Source of the DNA: Octopus bimaculoides
Lineage: Eukaryota
NCBI RefSeq assembly: GCF_001194135.2
Contig: NC_068981.1
Location: forward strand, 109,942,147-110,006,146
Length of the DNA stretch: 64,000 nucleotides
Direction of reading: 5' to 3'
Below, one piece after another: positions 49,701 through 63,129 of this stretch (the first letter of the stretch is position 1; each line of letters starts with the position of its first letter). The position numbers were made by a program, and so were the translations under genes. Below the pieces are notes generated by a model. That model did no database searches, was not told the origin of the DNA, and saw only the letters and a list, made by a program, of their open reading frames with translations.

Positions 49701-50701
49701 TCACGTTGTCTATAGAGACGTATTTGTATATGAAACATCATAATTTTCAGTTCTAGATCTAAATTCAATAGAAAATCATAAGAGATACACTTAAAAGTGA
49801 TTAAATCACACAGCTAACACAAAAAGTAGGACACAGTATTGCCTTATACACTGTTGTTCCTACCAGCAGTTAAAATTCTTTTATATCTTGCTTGGTTATT
49901 TTCTGTGTCAACATTTCAACTATTATTGATTGTCTTGTGCTTGGAATTCAGCAATACCACAACATTACCTTTTAAGATGTGTCTGATCTCTGGATGTCCC
50001 TCAGTATTCTGCGGGCTAAAGAGTTTTATAATACATCTACTTTTGCTTTTGAACTTCTGCACATAGCATATAATGCATAACTTCTTATTCATTAAAAAGA
50101 TAAGGAAGACTGAAGCAGAGTGAGTAACTAAGCTTTTGGCATTGATTGAAAAAATTAGCAGAAAGTAAACAAAGAAATTTACCAAATGGGAACTGTGTAT
50201 GGCTAAGGAATTCTAAAGATGAAATGACATGATTATTAACTAATTACTTCTATAATAAACATGAAATTCTGTCTGTCAGGGACCCCTGTATCTCAGTCTA
50301 CATTTGCTCTACATAGACATATTATACACTTTTGGAGTTATGATGATCCCAGGATTGAAACTTTGCCCTTCATTTGGTCCGTGAACATCCAGCATTAAGA
50401 TCAGATTTAAAAGCATTTGGTTTGCAGAAAAAGCTTGGCTGATTCATGCCATCTTGGTTGACATTTGTCAGATGATGTCAGAGATCAAGGAGAAGATAAA
50501 TGGCATTTGTATCATTAATTTTACATTGGGATAAGAACTTTGGGACAAAATGTCCAACAGTTGGAATTCAACTTGGGACAGGAACAATAGAATGATTGCA
50601 TTACAGAATTAATTGTCATCTGTTCTTAACTTCTCATCAAACACCAGTAGGGCATATAGTCATTATAGACATATCATAGCCATGCTATTTACTTTCACTT
50701 T

Positions 50702-50735
50702 GGGCCGCTTAAAAGAGTGCGGCTTTTAAGCTAGT
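50702..50735 (+). mobile_element. Helitron-type 3' terminus (hairpin plus CTAG|T)
   Basis: gccgc-ttaaaagagt-gcggc hairpin (50704-50723) is followed by ttttaag CTAG (50731-50734) and T. Confidence 0.55.
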
Positions 50736-51084
50736 ATATTTATGAGATTACATCATGAAACAGTCATTTTAGACATTTAAAAACATGCAAAGCCTTTTCA
50801 TATACTGCTTGAAAGTATTGTCCATTAAGAAAATCCCAAAAATTCTGTTGCAGTTCAGTGATTTGGTACTGATATACTTTCACACTCTATCTCTTCAATG
50901 GTGTCAGTGGTCAGACCATGAAAGTGCAAAGAGAACTTTCTGTCAATTTCATAATAAACAATTCTATTGAGAAATAAATGAAAAATAAATAAAACAGATT
51001 TTTGTGTGTTCTTCCTTGGTTAAAAAAGACTTTTTCATTATGTAATTTGCTTGAGTTTAACACACAATCTAAGATCATTTATCA

Positions 51085-51630
51085 AACATTTATCATCGTT
51101 TAATGTCCGCTTTCCATACTGGCATAAGTTGCATGATTTGACTGAGGACTGGCGAACCAGATGGCTGCACAAGGTTCCAATCTGATCTGGCAGAATTTCT
51201 ACAGATGGATGCCCTTCCTAACACCAACGACTGGCATAGGCCACAAGTTACGATCTCAACTGGCTTGCCGGGTCTTCCCAAGCACAGCATATTTCCAAAG
51301 GTCTCAGTCATTAGTCATTGCGTCGGTGAGACCTAATGTTTCAAGGTCGTGCTTTACCACTTTTTTACACAGCTATCCTCATCCATTCTCGCCACATGAC
51401 CATACCAGCACAATCGTCTCTCTTGCACACCACAACTGATGCTTCTTAGGTTCAACTTTTCTCTCAAGGTACTTACACTCTGTTGAATATGCATACTGAC
51501 ATTACACATCCAGTGGAGCATACTGGCTTCATTCCTTGCGAGCCTACGCATGTCTTCAACAGTCACGGCCCATGATTCACTGTCATGAAACATGGCTGTT
51601 CATACACATGTGTCGTACAGTCTGCCTTTT
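51085..51630 (-). mobile_element. 5'-truncated RTE LINE lacking the VNTR
   Basis: ORF 51354-51593 (HDSESWAVTVEDMRRLARNEASM...CWYGHVARMDEDSCVKK). The tail lies at 51090-51230. Confidence 0.88.
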
Positions 51631-52224
51631 ACTCTGAGAGAGAGATCAAATAACAGAATAATTCAATATATGCAAAAAAAAAGAAAGAAAATGAATGTAA
51701 AATAAATTAACAAATATATCTGCACACACACACACATATATTCATATACTGAAGCAGTCAACCCTCATCTGCTTCTCATGTAAGGGATCTCTTATTTCAC
51801 ATGGCTTCAAAGATACAAAGGGACCAGACAATATGCTGACATGCAAATTGACAACAAAAACACTACTGACATATCTTTCATATAAGTGATCACTCGTGTA
51901 AATAAACATACAGACACACGTGTATGTGCACACACACACACAATGAGCTTTCAGTTTGTGGATCAAGACCATTCATAAGGTTTTGGTTAACAGGATCTGA
52001 AGTAGAAGATACTTTCCCAATGTGCCGTGCTGTAGGACTGAACCAAAAACCACAATAGTAACCATACAAATTTTAGTCATTGACTTCATTCACAAAGAAA
52101 CAAAAATGTCTTTTGTGAATCCATATGAAAACTAGAATGAAAGAACATGAAAAAAGTAAGGAAGACAGAAGCCAACATGAGTATCACAACACAGTCATAA
52201 ATACACACCTACATATCACCACCC

Positions 52225-53170
52225 CAACATCATTTAATGTCTGTTGTCTATGCTGGCAAGCTGGAGAGCTGTACCAGGCTACAGTTTGATTTGGCATGCC
52301 CTTCCTAATGCCAACCACTTTACAGAATGAGTTGGGTGCTTTTGCACAGCATTGCAATAGTGCTATTACATGGCACCAGTATAGGACTCTTGCAAGCCAA
52401 TCCTCCTCACGAGGAAGACCAGCCTTAACATTCCTGTTGTGGAGTACAGGTCTTCTTGAGTACAGTAAGGCACCAGATATCCTGGTCTTTTGTCATCATG
52501 CCTGAAAGCTTCAGCATTCTTAGGTCATCCGTCAGTACTTTGTCCCATGCCTTCCTAGGTCTCCCACTTTCACATGTGTCCCATCTACTTTGAGATTGGC
52601 ATGTCTTTATGAAGCTGTTGACATCCAACTATATCACATGACCAAACTAGTGCAGTCTTCTCTCTGGCACACAGCATCTAATTCCTCTAATGCCTAACTT
52701 TTCAAGTCACTAGCACTCTGTTGAACATATACACTTACATAATTCATCCAACAGAGCACACTTGCTTCATTCTTCTCTAACCTTCATAAATTTTCTACAT
52801 TCAGGGTCCACATCTCGCTACCATGTAGAATTGCTGTCTATTATACATGGATCGCACAATCTTCCTTTCACTCAGAGAGAGAAACATTTTGTAGTCAACA
52901 GAAGTAAAAACTCTCTGAATTTCTTCCATCCTATTCTAGCTATCATCCTATCTGTGCATCCTCTCCCACTATTAATTTGGTTCCCTAAGTACTAGAAATT
53001 ATCTACTGAACCACCAGGGCATTTGAGAGAAGCAATTTCCTGAGACTGTAGTTTTTTTTTATGGATCCTGTCCATCTTCCACATACAAATACTACTTTAT
53101 TTGATAATCTTCCTATTAATCCACTGCACCTCCTGTATGTCCATAGCTTACACTGGGTACACCAAATGGA
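52225..53170 (-). mobile_element. Decayed 5'-truncated RTE LINE
   Basis: GRPRKAWDKVLTDDLRML (52425-52628), with similarity to 2990-3700 on the opposite strand. Confidence 0.8.
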
Positions 53171-55402
53171 GTTCCTACCTACACCTTTCCTACAAATTGA
53201 ACAGGGCCAAGGGGGTAGGGTCCTGTCTGTTTTCTTGTTTACTAATATATAGTAAGTTCATGTAGAGATAGAGGTAAAAGATTCCAAACAAGTCTAAGTA
53301 AATTAATCTGGTCTATTAATGACAAAAACGAAGACTATACTATTAATTGTGAATTAATTAGTACCACAAACCATACAGACCAGGAACTGATAAATGTGAC
53401 CTTTGTATAGGGCTTTCCTATAAGGTGTTATCCACCCCTGATTGGAACTCTCCCGTATGACATGTACGCATGCTCAGTGACTTGCTTTAACAGTTGCAAT
53501 CAGCTGAATGCACATTGCCAGTGACATTTGACATAATTACCCACACTCTGTGGTCAGGATTCTTTTTTTGGTTTGATGTCGGTATCGAAGGGATTACCAG
53601 ACACCGGACAATACAGTGAGAGCAGCTTTCACTCACATCGTGGTATTCAATGCTGTGTACGTGTCTGTCGTGGTAAAATATGCCACTCCTTAACTGTTGC
53701 TTTGCTTTCATCCGTAGCACGAGGTAATTATGTCATTATCTGTGAAATTNNNNNNNNNNNNNNNNNNNNNNNNNNNNNNNNNNNNNNNNNNNNNNNNNNN
53801 NNNNNNNNNNNNNNNNNNNNNNNNNNNNNNNNNNNNNNNNNNNNNNNNNNNNNNNNNNNNNNNNNNNNNNNNNNNNNNNNNNNNNNNNNNNNNNNNNNNN
53901 NNNNNNNNNNNNNNNNNNNNNNNNNNNNNNNNNNNNNNNNNNNNNNNNNNNNNNNNNNNNNNNNNNNNNNNNNNNNNNNNNNNNNNNNNNNNNNNNNNNN
54001 NNNNNNNNNNNNNNNNNNNNNNNNNNNNNNNNNNNNNNNNNNNNNNNNNNNNNNNNNNNNNNNNNNNNNNNNNNNNNNNNNNNNNNNNNNNNNNNNNNNN
54101 NNNNNNNNNNNNNNNNNNNNNNNNNNNNNNNNNNNNNNNNNNNNNNNNNNNNNNNNNNNNNNNNNNNNNNNNNNNNNNNNNNNNNNNNNNNNNNNNNNNN
54201 NNNNNNNNNNNNNNNNNNNNNNNNNNNNNNNNNNNNNNNNNNNNNNNNNNNNNNNNNNNNNNNNNNNNNNNNNNNNNNNNNNNNNNNNNNNNNNNNNNNN
54301 NNNNNNNNNNNNNNNNNNNNNNNNNNNNNNNNNNNNNNNNNNNNNNNNNNNNNNNNNNNNNNNNNNNNNNNNNNNNNNNNNNNNNNNNNNNNNNNNNNNN
54401 NNNNNNNNNNNNNNNNNNNNNNNNNNNNNNNNNNNNNNNNNNNNNNNNNNNNNNNNNNNNNNNNNNNNNNNNNNNNATATATATATATATATATATATAA
54501 AACAGAATTAAAAGTAATGCTATGCTACTTTGAAATAATCCTTATTATTATTATCATTATTATTTATTATTTATTATCATTATTATAATCATATATAAAT
54601 ATAAATGAGTAGTATAAGATATGATTTCAAAGGATCATGCAGCCATCACAGTAAGCTCCTCATACAGACTCAGCTATCAATCTACATAATAATCAACTAC
54701 AAAGTAGTCTAATATAAAGTGCTCTATGTAACTGAGTATCTAGAAAACTAGATTTATTTTGTGAGGAGTATATAAAAGCATAAAAGTCAGGAGGTATGAG
54801 AGGTGACTAGAGATTTATTTAACCATGACTTCCATAGGATTATGGCCATTTGGCAACTTTCTTTGTATAGTATTAATTTTAGTAGATAAGAAATTCTGTG
54901 TAGATGTTGGCATTAATATGTATGCTCAGCATCATATAATAGAATCATATATTCACAAATTAATGCAAATAAAAATAGTTCATCAGATCTCAAAAACATC
55001 ATGGTTACACCAACAATTCAACTGTTACATATGTATTACTGGGGCAACTTGATCATGCACACATGTTTACTCAATATATGTAAGAGTCATTTGCCTTTGA
55101 TGATGTGAGTTTGGATATTTTCACAAGGTATGCAAAGATAGAGCTCTCCAACAGGCTGATTCGGCTGATTGTTAATACATATACCCAATGAACCTTAAAT
55201 GTGTACTAGGTACTCATTTGAACTAAGGCCTTCTGGGGCTCATACCAATATTATTCCAAATATATAAATGAGTGGGTAAACAAATGAAACAAAAGTAGAA
55301 CTTTAATAACAGATTGACTGGACTAAACATCACTTAAAGTTTTGTATAAGCAGAACACGAACTCGTCATCAGATATTCTGAGTTAGAGTCATATATACAT
55401 AT

Positions 55403-55463
<61 letters not shown>

Positions 55464-56156
55464 CAAAAACATTAGCAGGTATGAAACAGAAGACATGAAA
55501 AGAGATATAAGTGGGTTTCTGAATGCTCGTAGGGATATGTGGCACACATTGAGGATGACAGTTTAATAAAGAAATGCAAACTGATTAAAAGAATGTGCAA
55601 TAGTGATGGATCAAGAAAGACAGGGAAGAAATAATGAAAGTTGATTTCAGAAAGCAGATGGCAAAGGACTACAACAAGTAGTGAAATACTGTAGTGGAGA
55701 ATACCCATTCAACCAATATGCAAATATGGAAAAACAAGCGTAAGATGACGAGTCTACATATTTCTAAAATAAAAAGAAATCTACGGAGATATCTTTATTG
55801 TCAGGCCAATCATTATACCTATAGAACAAGTAAACACAGTCATTTCACATGGGCTTACTAGCATGTGTATATATCTATGAGGTCGTAAATAAAGTAGACA
55901 ATCAGAACAGAGTTCAAATCTTGATATCCCTATGTTCTATTTCTTCAAACACTGTTAACTCATCAGTGGCTAATCTTAAACTCAAATAATTATTTAAAAC
56001 AAATACAACTCAACAAGTTAGTGTGTGTTTAAGATTGTGTGTGTGCACATGTGTGAATGATACTTTTACATTTTCAGAAATCCAATGAAATCGAGACATT
56101 AAGCTTCTTGCCAAGAGTTACTTTCAGACATAAGTTACATTGAATTTACAAACTTG

Positions 56157-56200
<44 letters not shown>

Positions 56201-56281
56201 TCTATCTTAGCATTGAATACTCTCTTCACTAATTGAAGTTATATAATACTAGATATGTGTGTAAGCAAGTGCATTATACAG

Positions 56282-56838
56282 GTAAATTAGGACTCAAATA
56301 ACCAGTAAATTAACTCTTGATAATGCTTTCTGAACAATTTACTTTAATAATTTTGATGAGTTGGAATAGTAAATCGCTAGGAAGGACATGTGGCTAGTTG
56401 TTAGGTTAATTAGCTAAATGCAATCACTGTTTTGAGCATGCTTATATTTATTTAGACATTTATTTATTTATTTATTTTAAGAGAAAGAAGGTAGTCAGGA
56501 TTTGGATAAAACTATTTCTTTAGTGCTTTCATCCTCTTGAAGGATTCATCATGAAATGATTTCATTATTTCATTATAAATCCTTCAAAGGGAAGAAAGCA
56601 CTAAATAGTTTTTATTCAAATCCTGACTACCTTCTTTCTCTTAAAATAAATAAATAAATAAATGTCTAAATAAATATAAGCATGCTCAAAGCAGTGATCA
56701 CATGTAGCTAATTAACCTAACAATTAGCCACATATCTTCCTCGCCATTTACTATTCCAATTCAACAAAATTATCAAAGTAAATTGCTCAGAAAGCATTAT
56801 CAAGAGTTAAGTTATTAGATATTTGAGTCCTAATTTAC
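56282..56838. repeat. 557-bp foldback (two ~270-bp inverted arms, ~10-nt loop)
   Basis: gtaaattaggactcaaata...aactcttgataatgctttctg...gaaggattcatcatgaaat pairs with atttcattataaatccttc...cagaaagcattatcaagagtt...tatttgagtcctaatttac. Confidence 0.95.
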
Positions 56839-56967
56839 ATTTTTCTAATTTTTCTTAATATATAAAATCTGTACACCCCATATACATATATGGACATGTT
56901 TGTATGGATGGTTGGAAATGAATAACACTGCATGCATGATGGTGACATTCAATTACACACACATGTG

Positions 56968-58231
56968 CACGGAGGGGCTGCAAAGTTCATAAGCTGACTA
57001 TGAGGGAGTGACACTAGACTTGTGAAATCTTGCATGCATTCATTTCAACTCTTCTTATTAATAACTGCATTGTTTCTTTCCAGGTAAACTGACATCTGAC
57101 TGTTTAAAGAAGACTTCAAAAGTAACTAAAAGCAACTTCACTTGTAAATGAACAAAATTTAGCATCATGGTGTCATCAAGTACCTGCAGAAAAACAGTTT
57201 AGCCACCACCCCACCCCCAGACATTAATACTGACATCGTTACTACAAAAGGGGATGAAACTTTCCAGCTTAATCAGCAGTGCAAAAGCAGACAGTTGAAT
57301 TTAAGAAAGGAAGAGAGAGAGTTTTGAAGATGACCCAAGGTCTGGACATTCTGAGGAAAATGTTGTTCACCATGTGGATGGATGACAGGTGATTCACTAT
57401 AAATCAAATAGCCAATGCTATTAGCCTATTCTGTGAGAGAGTTGAGAATATTCTGCACAATGAACTTGGCAAGATGAAGGTTTCTGCTTGATGGCTACCA
57501 TGTCTTCTGATATCTGACCAAAAGCATACCAGGCTGATCACATCATGGAAAAATCTGACATTGTTTGAGGCAGATCCAACTGGTTTCCTTGAACATTTCC
57601 TAACCTAAGGTGAGTGTTGGTTTCATCACTTTGAGCTGGAGACGAAAAGACAATCCATGCAGTGGAAACAGCCCTCCTCACCTGCTCCAAAGAGGGCCAA
57701 GGTTGTTTTTTCTGCAGGGAAGGCGATGGTCTCAGTGTTTTGGGATGCAAAGATATTGTGTTTATTGACTATCTTCTAAGGAGCCACACTATCAATGGAA
57801 AGTACTACGGCAACTTGTTGTGGCAGTTACAAAAGGCTATCAAGACCAAATGCTCAGGAAAACTGACAAAAAGGGTCTTGTTTCAGCAAGGCAATGCTCC
57901 AGTACACAAGTCCTTAGTTTCTATGTCTGCTATGTGTGACTGTGGCGTACTGGTTGATCACCCTGATTTGGTCTCATCTGACTATCAACTGTTCCCCATA
58001 ATGAAAAAATATTTGGCTGGGAACCAGTATTGCAGTGATGACAATGTCACATATGCTATTTTTTTGACCAACAGGATAAGAGTTTCTTCACCAATTGAAT
58101 CCAAGCACTGCAACACCAATAGAAGAAGAGTGTGGACTGAAATGTGGACTATGTTGAAAAATAAGCCTTTTTGGTCACATTTCAAGAGAGCATATTGGTC
58201 AGTCTATGAACTTTTCAGCTGACCCTCATGC
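56968..58231 (+). mobile_element. Full-length decayed mariner (~1.26 kb) with TIRs
   Basis: TIRs gaggggctgcaaagttcataagctgac / gtcagtctatgaacttttcagctgaccctc. Motifs WLPCLL, GECWFHHFELETKRQSMQW, VSVFWDA, LFQQGNAPVHKS and PDLVSSDYQLFP. Confidence 0.9.
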
Positions 58232-58635
58232 ATACATGCATGTGACAAATTTCTTTCAGTTTCTATTTACCAAATCCACTGACCAAGCTTTTGCTGGCCT
58301 AAATATTATTAGGAATTGTATAAAAAAAAATTGTCAAAATATTTTATGTATTATAGAAGTATAACCAATTTATTGCTCATAAACTTTAACAACAAATCAT
58401 ATATGGGTCCCAGTTGAGAACCACTGCTCCAGACTAAACTAATAGTATAATAAAATTTAAAATGTTGACCTAAATAAGCCATTTATATATTGGTTTAAAA
58501 AGAGAAGCTGATAGCATGTCATTAATGAACAAGTTGTTGCACTAATATTTGAGCTATTAATTGTTGACAATCCAGATTAGCCTCCTCTATCTAACCAAAC
58601 ATTTTTTATGAAACTTCAGAAATCTCTATATCTTA

Positions 58636-58864
58636 TTTCTTTATTGCCCACAAGAAGCTAAACATAGAGGGGACAAACAAGGACAGACAAAGGGAATAAG
58701 TCGATTACATTGACCCTGGTGCATAACTGGTACTTAATTTATCAACCCCGAAAGGATGAAAGGCAAAGTTGACCTCGGCGGAATTTGAACTCAGAATGTA
58801 ACAGCAGACGAAATACGGCTAAGCATTTCGCCCGACGTGCTAGCGTTTCTGCCAGCTCACCACC
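58636..58864 (-). mobile_element. Full-length tRNA-derived SINE with 20-bp target-site duplication
   Basis: tcagaaatctctatatctta at 58616-58635 and 58865-58884 flanks a 229-bp SINE with A-box-like ggtgagctggcagaa and B-box gagttcaaattcc. Confidence 0.92.
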
Positions 58865-59499
58865 TCAGAAATCTCTATATCTTAATTCAAGACAAAGGCA
58901 TATATTTCAAAGAAACACTTTCAGTTAGCAGAATGAAAAAAAGGCAGTAAAAACCAATAGAGAAGATTAAGTAAGGATCATAACATGTTAGGCGAAATCA
59001 TTTTCTAAAAGTTAATATATACAAGTAATTCCACCAGATTATATAAATAAAAGTATTAAAATCAATTCTTCAAAATTACTTTGGTTTCTTAAATGTAAAA
59101 GTTTGTAATTTAGTAGGGGAAACTTGAACCAACTCTAGAAATAAGCAAAATAATAGAAAGCAGTTTATAATCAGGCATGCAATGAATGAATGAATAAATA
59201 GGTAGTTTAAAATTTTAACAACTACTCTTGGAAATCATAAATCAATGTAATTTCAAAAGCAATTGAGACAAATCAATTCACAAGTATTTCTTTGAAAGCA
59301 AACCCAAAGTAATATCACCATGTACAAATGACAAAATAATTAATGTAGAAAATAATGAAAAGAAAACTATAAAAGAACAGTAATTTGAAAGGATCTTAAA
59401 GTACTTCATCATGAAAGTTTTCTATTGTCAATTTGAAAGTGACAAATGAGGAAAAAAACAATAAAAAATTATTCTTAGAAGAAAAAGATAAATAAGAAT

Positions 59500-59900
59500 G
59501 ATAGGAAGCAAGAAATAATCAATAATGTTAAAATATTAAAATAAGAGAGATATCTTAAACATTATAGAGAACAATAAAATATAGTGATGATAAAAAAAAA
59601 AAAAAAGTGCTAAATTAGAAAGGTATGCTTTAATTTCTGCACATCAAAATTGCATAGTTCAGTATAATGCATAGGAAAAATAAATAAATACTTGAAATGC
59701 TAATTTAGTGATGAAATAATTTCTCTTTTTGAAATTAGAAATGCTTGATGATGTTGAAGGATCCATATGTATCTTATCTCCCTCTCCTAATAATTATCCT
59801 TCAGTCCATGATGTGTTATATGAGTGAAGCTACATAAAGATAATACATAGGTATTATAAAAAACAACCTGAAAACTCCTAAATAATAACAAGTTAGTTTA
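59500..59900 (+). mobile_element. Possible PLE RT/thumb remnant
   Basis: SDEIISL.KLE (cf. ISFLDLEI) and YL..LS..YPSVHDVLY.EA (cf. YLHPSSNHP.SV...VIYSEA). Very decayed. Confidence 0.3.
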
Positions 59901-61244
59901 AATGAAAAATAACTGTGACATTTCCAAGCTTGCCTATGTAGACATAAATGTTATCAAAAACGGATACAAACTTGTTGCAACATAATATATGTGAAGAATA
60001 AATAAATAGATAGATAAAAAAAGACACAGCAATGGTGATTCAGAAATCACTCTAGCATTTAAATGATATATTAAATATTTATTGTTCATTTTGTTATAAT
60101 TTTGTTTTAGTATATATTTTAATATTATCTCTGCTACTTTGTTGTGAATATCTTTTGTTACAATTTTGTTTTATAAATTATATAAAAATGTCATAATGTA
60201 GAGATGAAAAAAAAATCATTGTCCTAAAATTGGCACAATATAATCATGTTCAATTGTCCTGGTATAAGTTAGTTCAACTGCTCTGAGTAGTTTGGGTGGC
60301 TGGCTGTATGAATGGCAGGGTAGTAGGCCAGCTATCCTGGAACCCTAGAGCTAGTACAGTAGACAGAAGTTTTGAGGTAAGGGGAGGGATTAATGAATGT
60401 AATGGGGAGGTGGGTGAAGACTGTGGTGAGATGAGAAGTGTGCAGGAGGGAGACAGAGAGGAAACAAGACAGAGGTTAAGATGCTAAACTGACCTTGTTA
60501 ATTTGTATTAATATTTGAGTAACTTTTTAATCACACTTTTTTTTTATTCATATTGAAAAACTTTTGGAAGTCAAATGGAAATTTCTCTCTCACACCACAA
60601 TCTGTCTATCAATGGCAACCTTTCACTATGATGTGCTTACATCAACAAATATTCTTACTCCTGGATTAGTTTTCTTCATTCAGTAATCCACCCAGCTTAA
60701 GAGTACCATAATTTAAATGTATGTTGGAGATGTTTTGGGTTGGAACAGTTAAGAATCTAAAATGTGTCTTTCACCCACTCAATCTAAAAGTTAATTAAAT
60801 CCAGGAGTTTTATCAAGACAAACTTTAAAGTAGATTAGAAATGTTTAAATGGCTTTTCTAACTTCATAAAACAAACAATAGCATTTAAATTTAACACATT
60901 TATTTTAATAAAAGATTGATAAAAGACTAGAAATCTTCTTTGAGTAGACTACTTCATGAAGTGGAAACTAAGATACATGATGGTAAGTCATACTCCTAAC
61001 AAGGTGGTTAATAACTGCAAACAGAGAGACAAATATGAATAATAGAAACTACACACACATATATTATTTTGAAATGTATTTTAGGAAAACTCCGACATTC
61101 ACAACTATGTTTGTGTTTGTGAATACTTCCTTCTATGTATTTGTACAGTATGCTACTCAGAAAGCATAGCCTAATTACTTATTTTGTCCTTTGCTTTTGG
61201 ATATAATATTGTCTGAGATGTAAGCAAATAATAATAATAATAGT

Positions 61245-61915
61245 GGTTTCAAATTTTGGCACAAGGCCAGCAAGTTTGGGGAGGGAGTTAGTTGATTACA
61301 TTGCCACTAGTACTCAATTGGTACATATTTCATCAACCCCGAAAGGATGAAAGGTAAAATCAACTTCAGTGGAATTTGAACACAGCATAAAGATGGATGA
61401 AATGCTGCAAAGCAATCTTGCCCAGTGTGGTTATGATTCTAATAATAATCCTTTCTACAATAGGCACAAGGCTTCAAATTTTGGCGTAAGGTGGCTAGTC
61501 AATTACATCAACCCCAGTACTTATTTTATTGACCGTAAAAGGATGAAAAGCAAAGTCAACCTCAGTCAAATTTGAACTCAGAACATAAAGACAGACAGAA
61601 TGCCACAAGGCATTTTGTCCAGCATGCTAACAATTCTGCCAGCTTGCCACCTTTCTCAATATAATAATAACAATAATTTCTTCTGACTGCAACATAAGAC
61701 GACTAAGTTTGAGTGGAGGGACTTAGTTGATACCATTGACATCAGTAGTTGACAGGTACTTTTGTTTTATTGACCCTTGAAAGGATGAAAGACAAAGTTG
61801 ATCTAGGCAAGATCTGAACTCAGAACTAAATACAAAATCCAATTGTGGTAAGTAAATTACACAAAGCATTTTGTCTGACACTCTAAAGATTCTGCTAATC
61901 CACCACCATTATAAT
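61245..61915 (-). mobile_element. Head-to-tail array of three SINE copies
   Basis: Same unit as 23505-24930, starting near 61245, 61430 and 61675 and separated by (aat)n. Confidence 0.85.
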
Positions 61916-62189
61916 AACCTTCTCTTTATTAGCCACAAGAACTTGAAGAGGTACAGAAAACTACAAAGAAATGTGAAACAAAAAGGGGGGGGGGTCCAGC
62001 ATATGTGTGTGAGGCAGACAAATTAATTTCTTGAAGAAAGTTGGGATAAAAAACACAAGGAAAATATAATTTGCAGAAATTCAGCAACTCGTGGGCTGAT
62101 GTTAATGACAAATGTTACAGAATGTAAATAAATAACAGAGGAAGGGAGCAAAGTTTTCTACCTGACATTAGAGAGTTCATAACTTCTAA

Positions 62190-62368
62190 CCCTTTAGCAT
62201 TCAAATTATTCTTTCAAATGTAATGCTTATTTATTCACATTGTTTTGAATTAAACATACATAATCTCATAGCTACAAGATTTCAATGATGTGATTGGCCT
62301 AATTAGGCTGGTTTGAACATAAAACAAAATATTTTGTCCTGATGTGGCCAGTTTAAATGCTAAAGGGG
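62190..62368. mobile_element. piggyBac-type MITE
   Basis: ctaa|ccctttagcattcaaa ... tttaaatgctaaagggg|ttaa: CCC/GGG termini with a TTAA-like target. Confidence 0.8.
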
Positions 62369-62389
62369 TTAAAATTAATGTAAACAATT

Positions 62390-62760
62390 CATGGTTTTTG
62401 GGTGGTATAAAACCGAGAGATATGCAGTGCCATGCAGATTCTTGTACAGGATAATCAGATGTTGAATACTTTGTTTCCTCTTTTCTTTTTGAAGGAATGT
62501 TTGCAAAGGATAGCACTTGATTCTTCACATTTATATTTGCTGTAATGCATCCATACTGTTGTTGGCAAAATTTCCACTTGGTATCTTTAAATTTAGTGTC
62601 ACAATGCTAGTGTTTCCATTGGTTTGGGGTTACTATTAATATTGGTAGGTTTTCATTTTTTCTGTGTATGAAAGGTTATTTCATTTTCCGTTTTCTTTTT
62701 GTAAACATGGTGTGAAATATTCGTAAGCCAGTGTCATGAAGGAAAAAAATAAACTCTATC
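62390..62760 (-). mobile_element. Possible piggyBac transposase C-terminal remnant
   Basis: RVYFFLHDTGL (cf. KLFFHLLD.AL.N) and KRKEETKYSTSDYPVQ..LHIS (cf. the RKET.Y.C..CP..P.LC cysteine-rich domain). Confidence 0.45.
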
Positions 62761-63129
62761 TAAAATTACAAACAAACCTTTTCCCCACTTCTTTTTATTA
62801 ACTCCAAAAAGAGAAAAACTCTGTTATCTGTATGTGAATATTTTTGGTAAAAACCGTATTTCAGCTAGTAAAATTGCTTTCTTTGGAGAATGAATTGTAG
62901 AACATCTACACTCTCTACAGTGAATAATAATAATAATTTAAACAAAAGGTAACAATTTCTATGAGAGGGGTTTAGTTGATTACACTGACCTTGATACTTG
63001 TCTGATGCTTTATTTCAATGACCCCAGAGAAACAAAAAGTAACACTGAAATTAGTGGGAATGTAAACACCTGGAACAAATACTATAAGGTGTTTTGCCCA
63101 ACACTTTACTAGAATACTGTAACTCTTAT

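Noticed and set aside
8453-54511. Long ORFs containing X runs (8453-9198, 27787-28420, 33092-33994, 53573-54511)
   Set aside because: They stay open only because they cross N-gaps and microsatellites.
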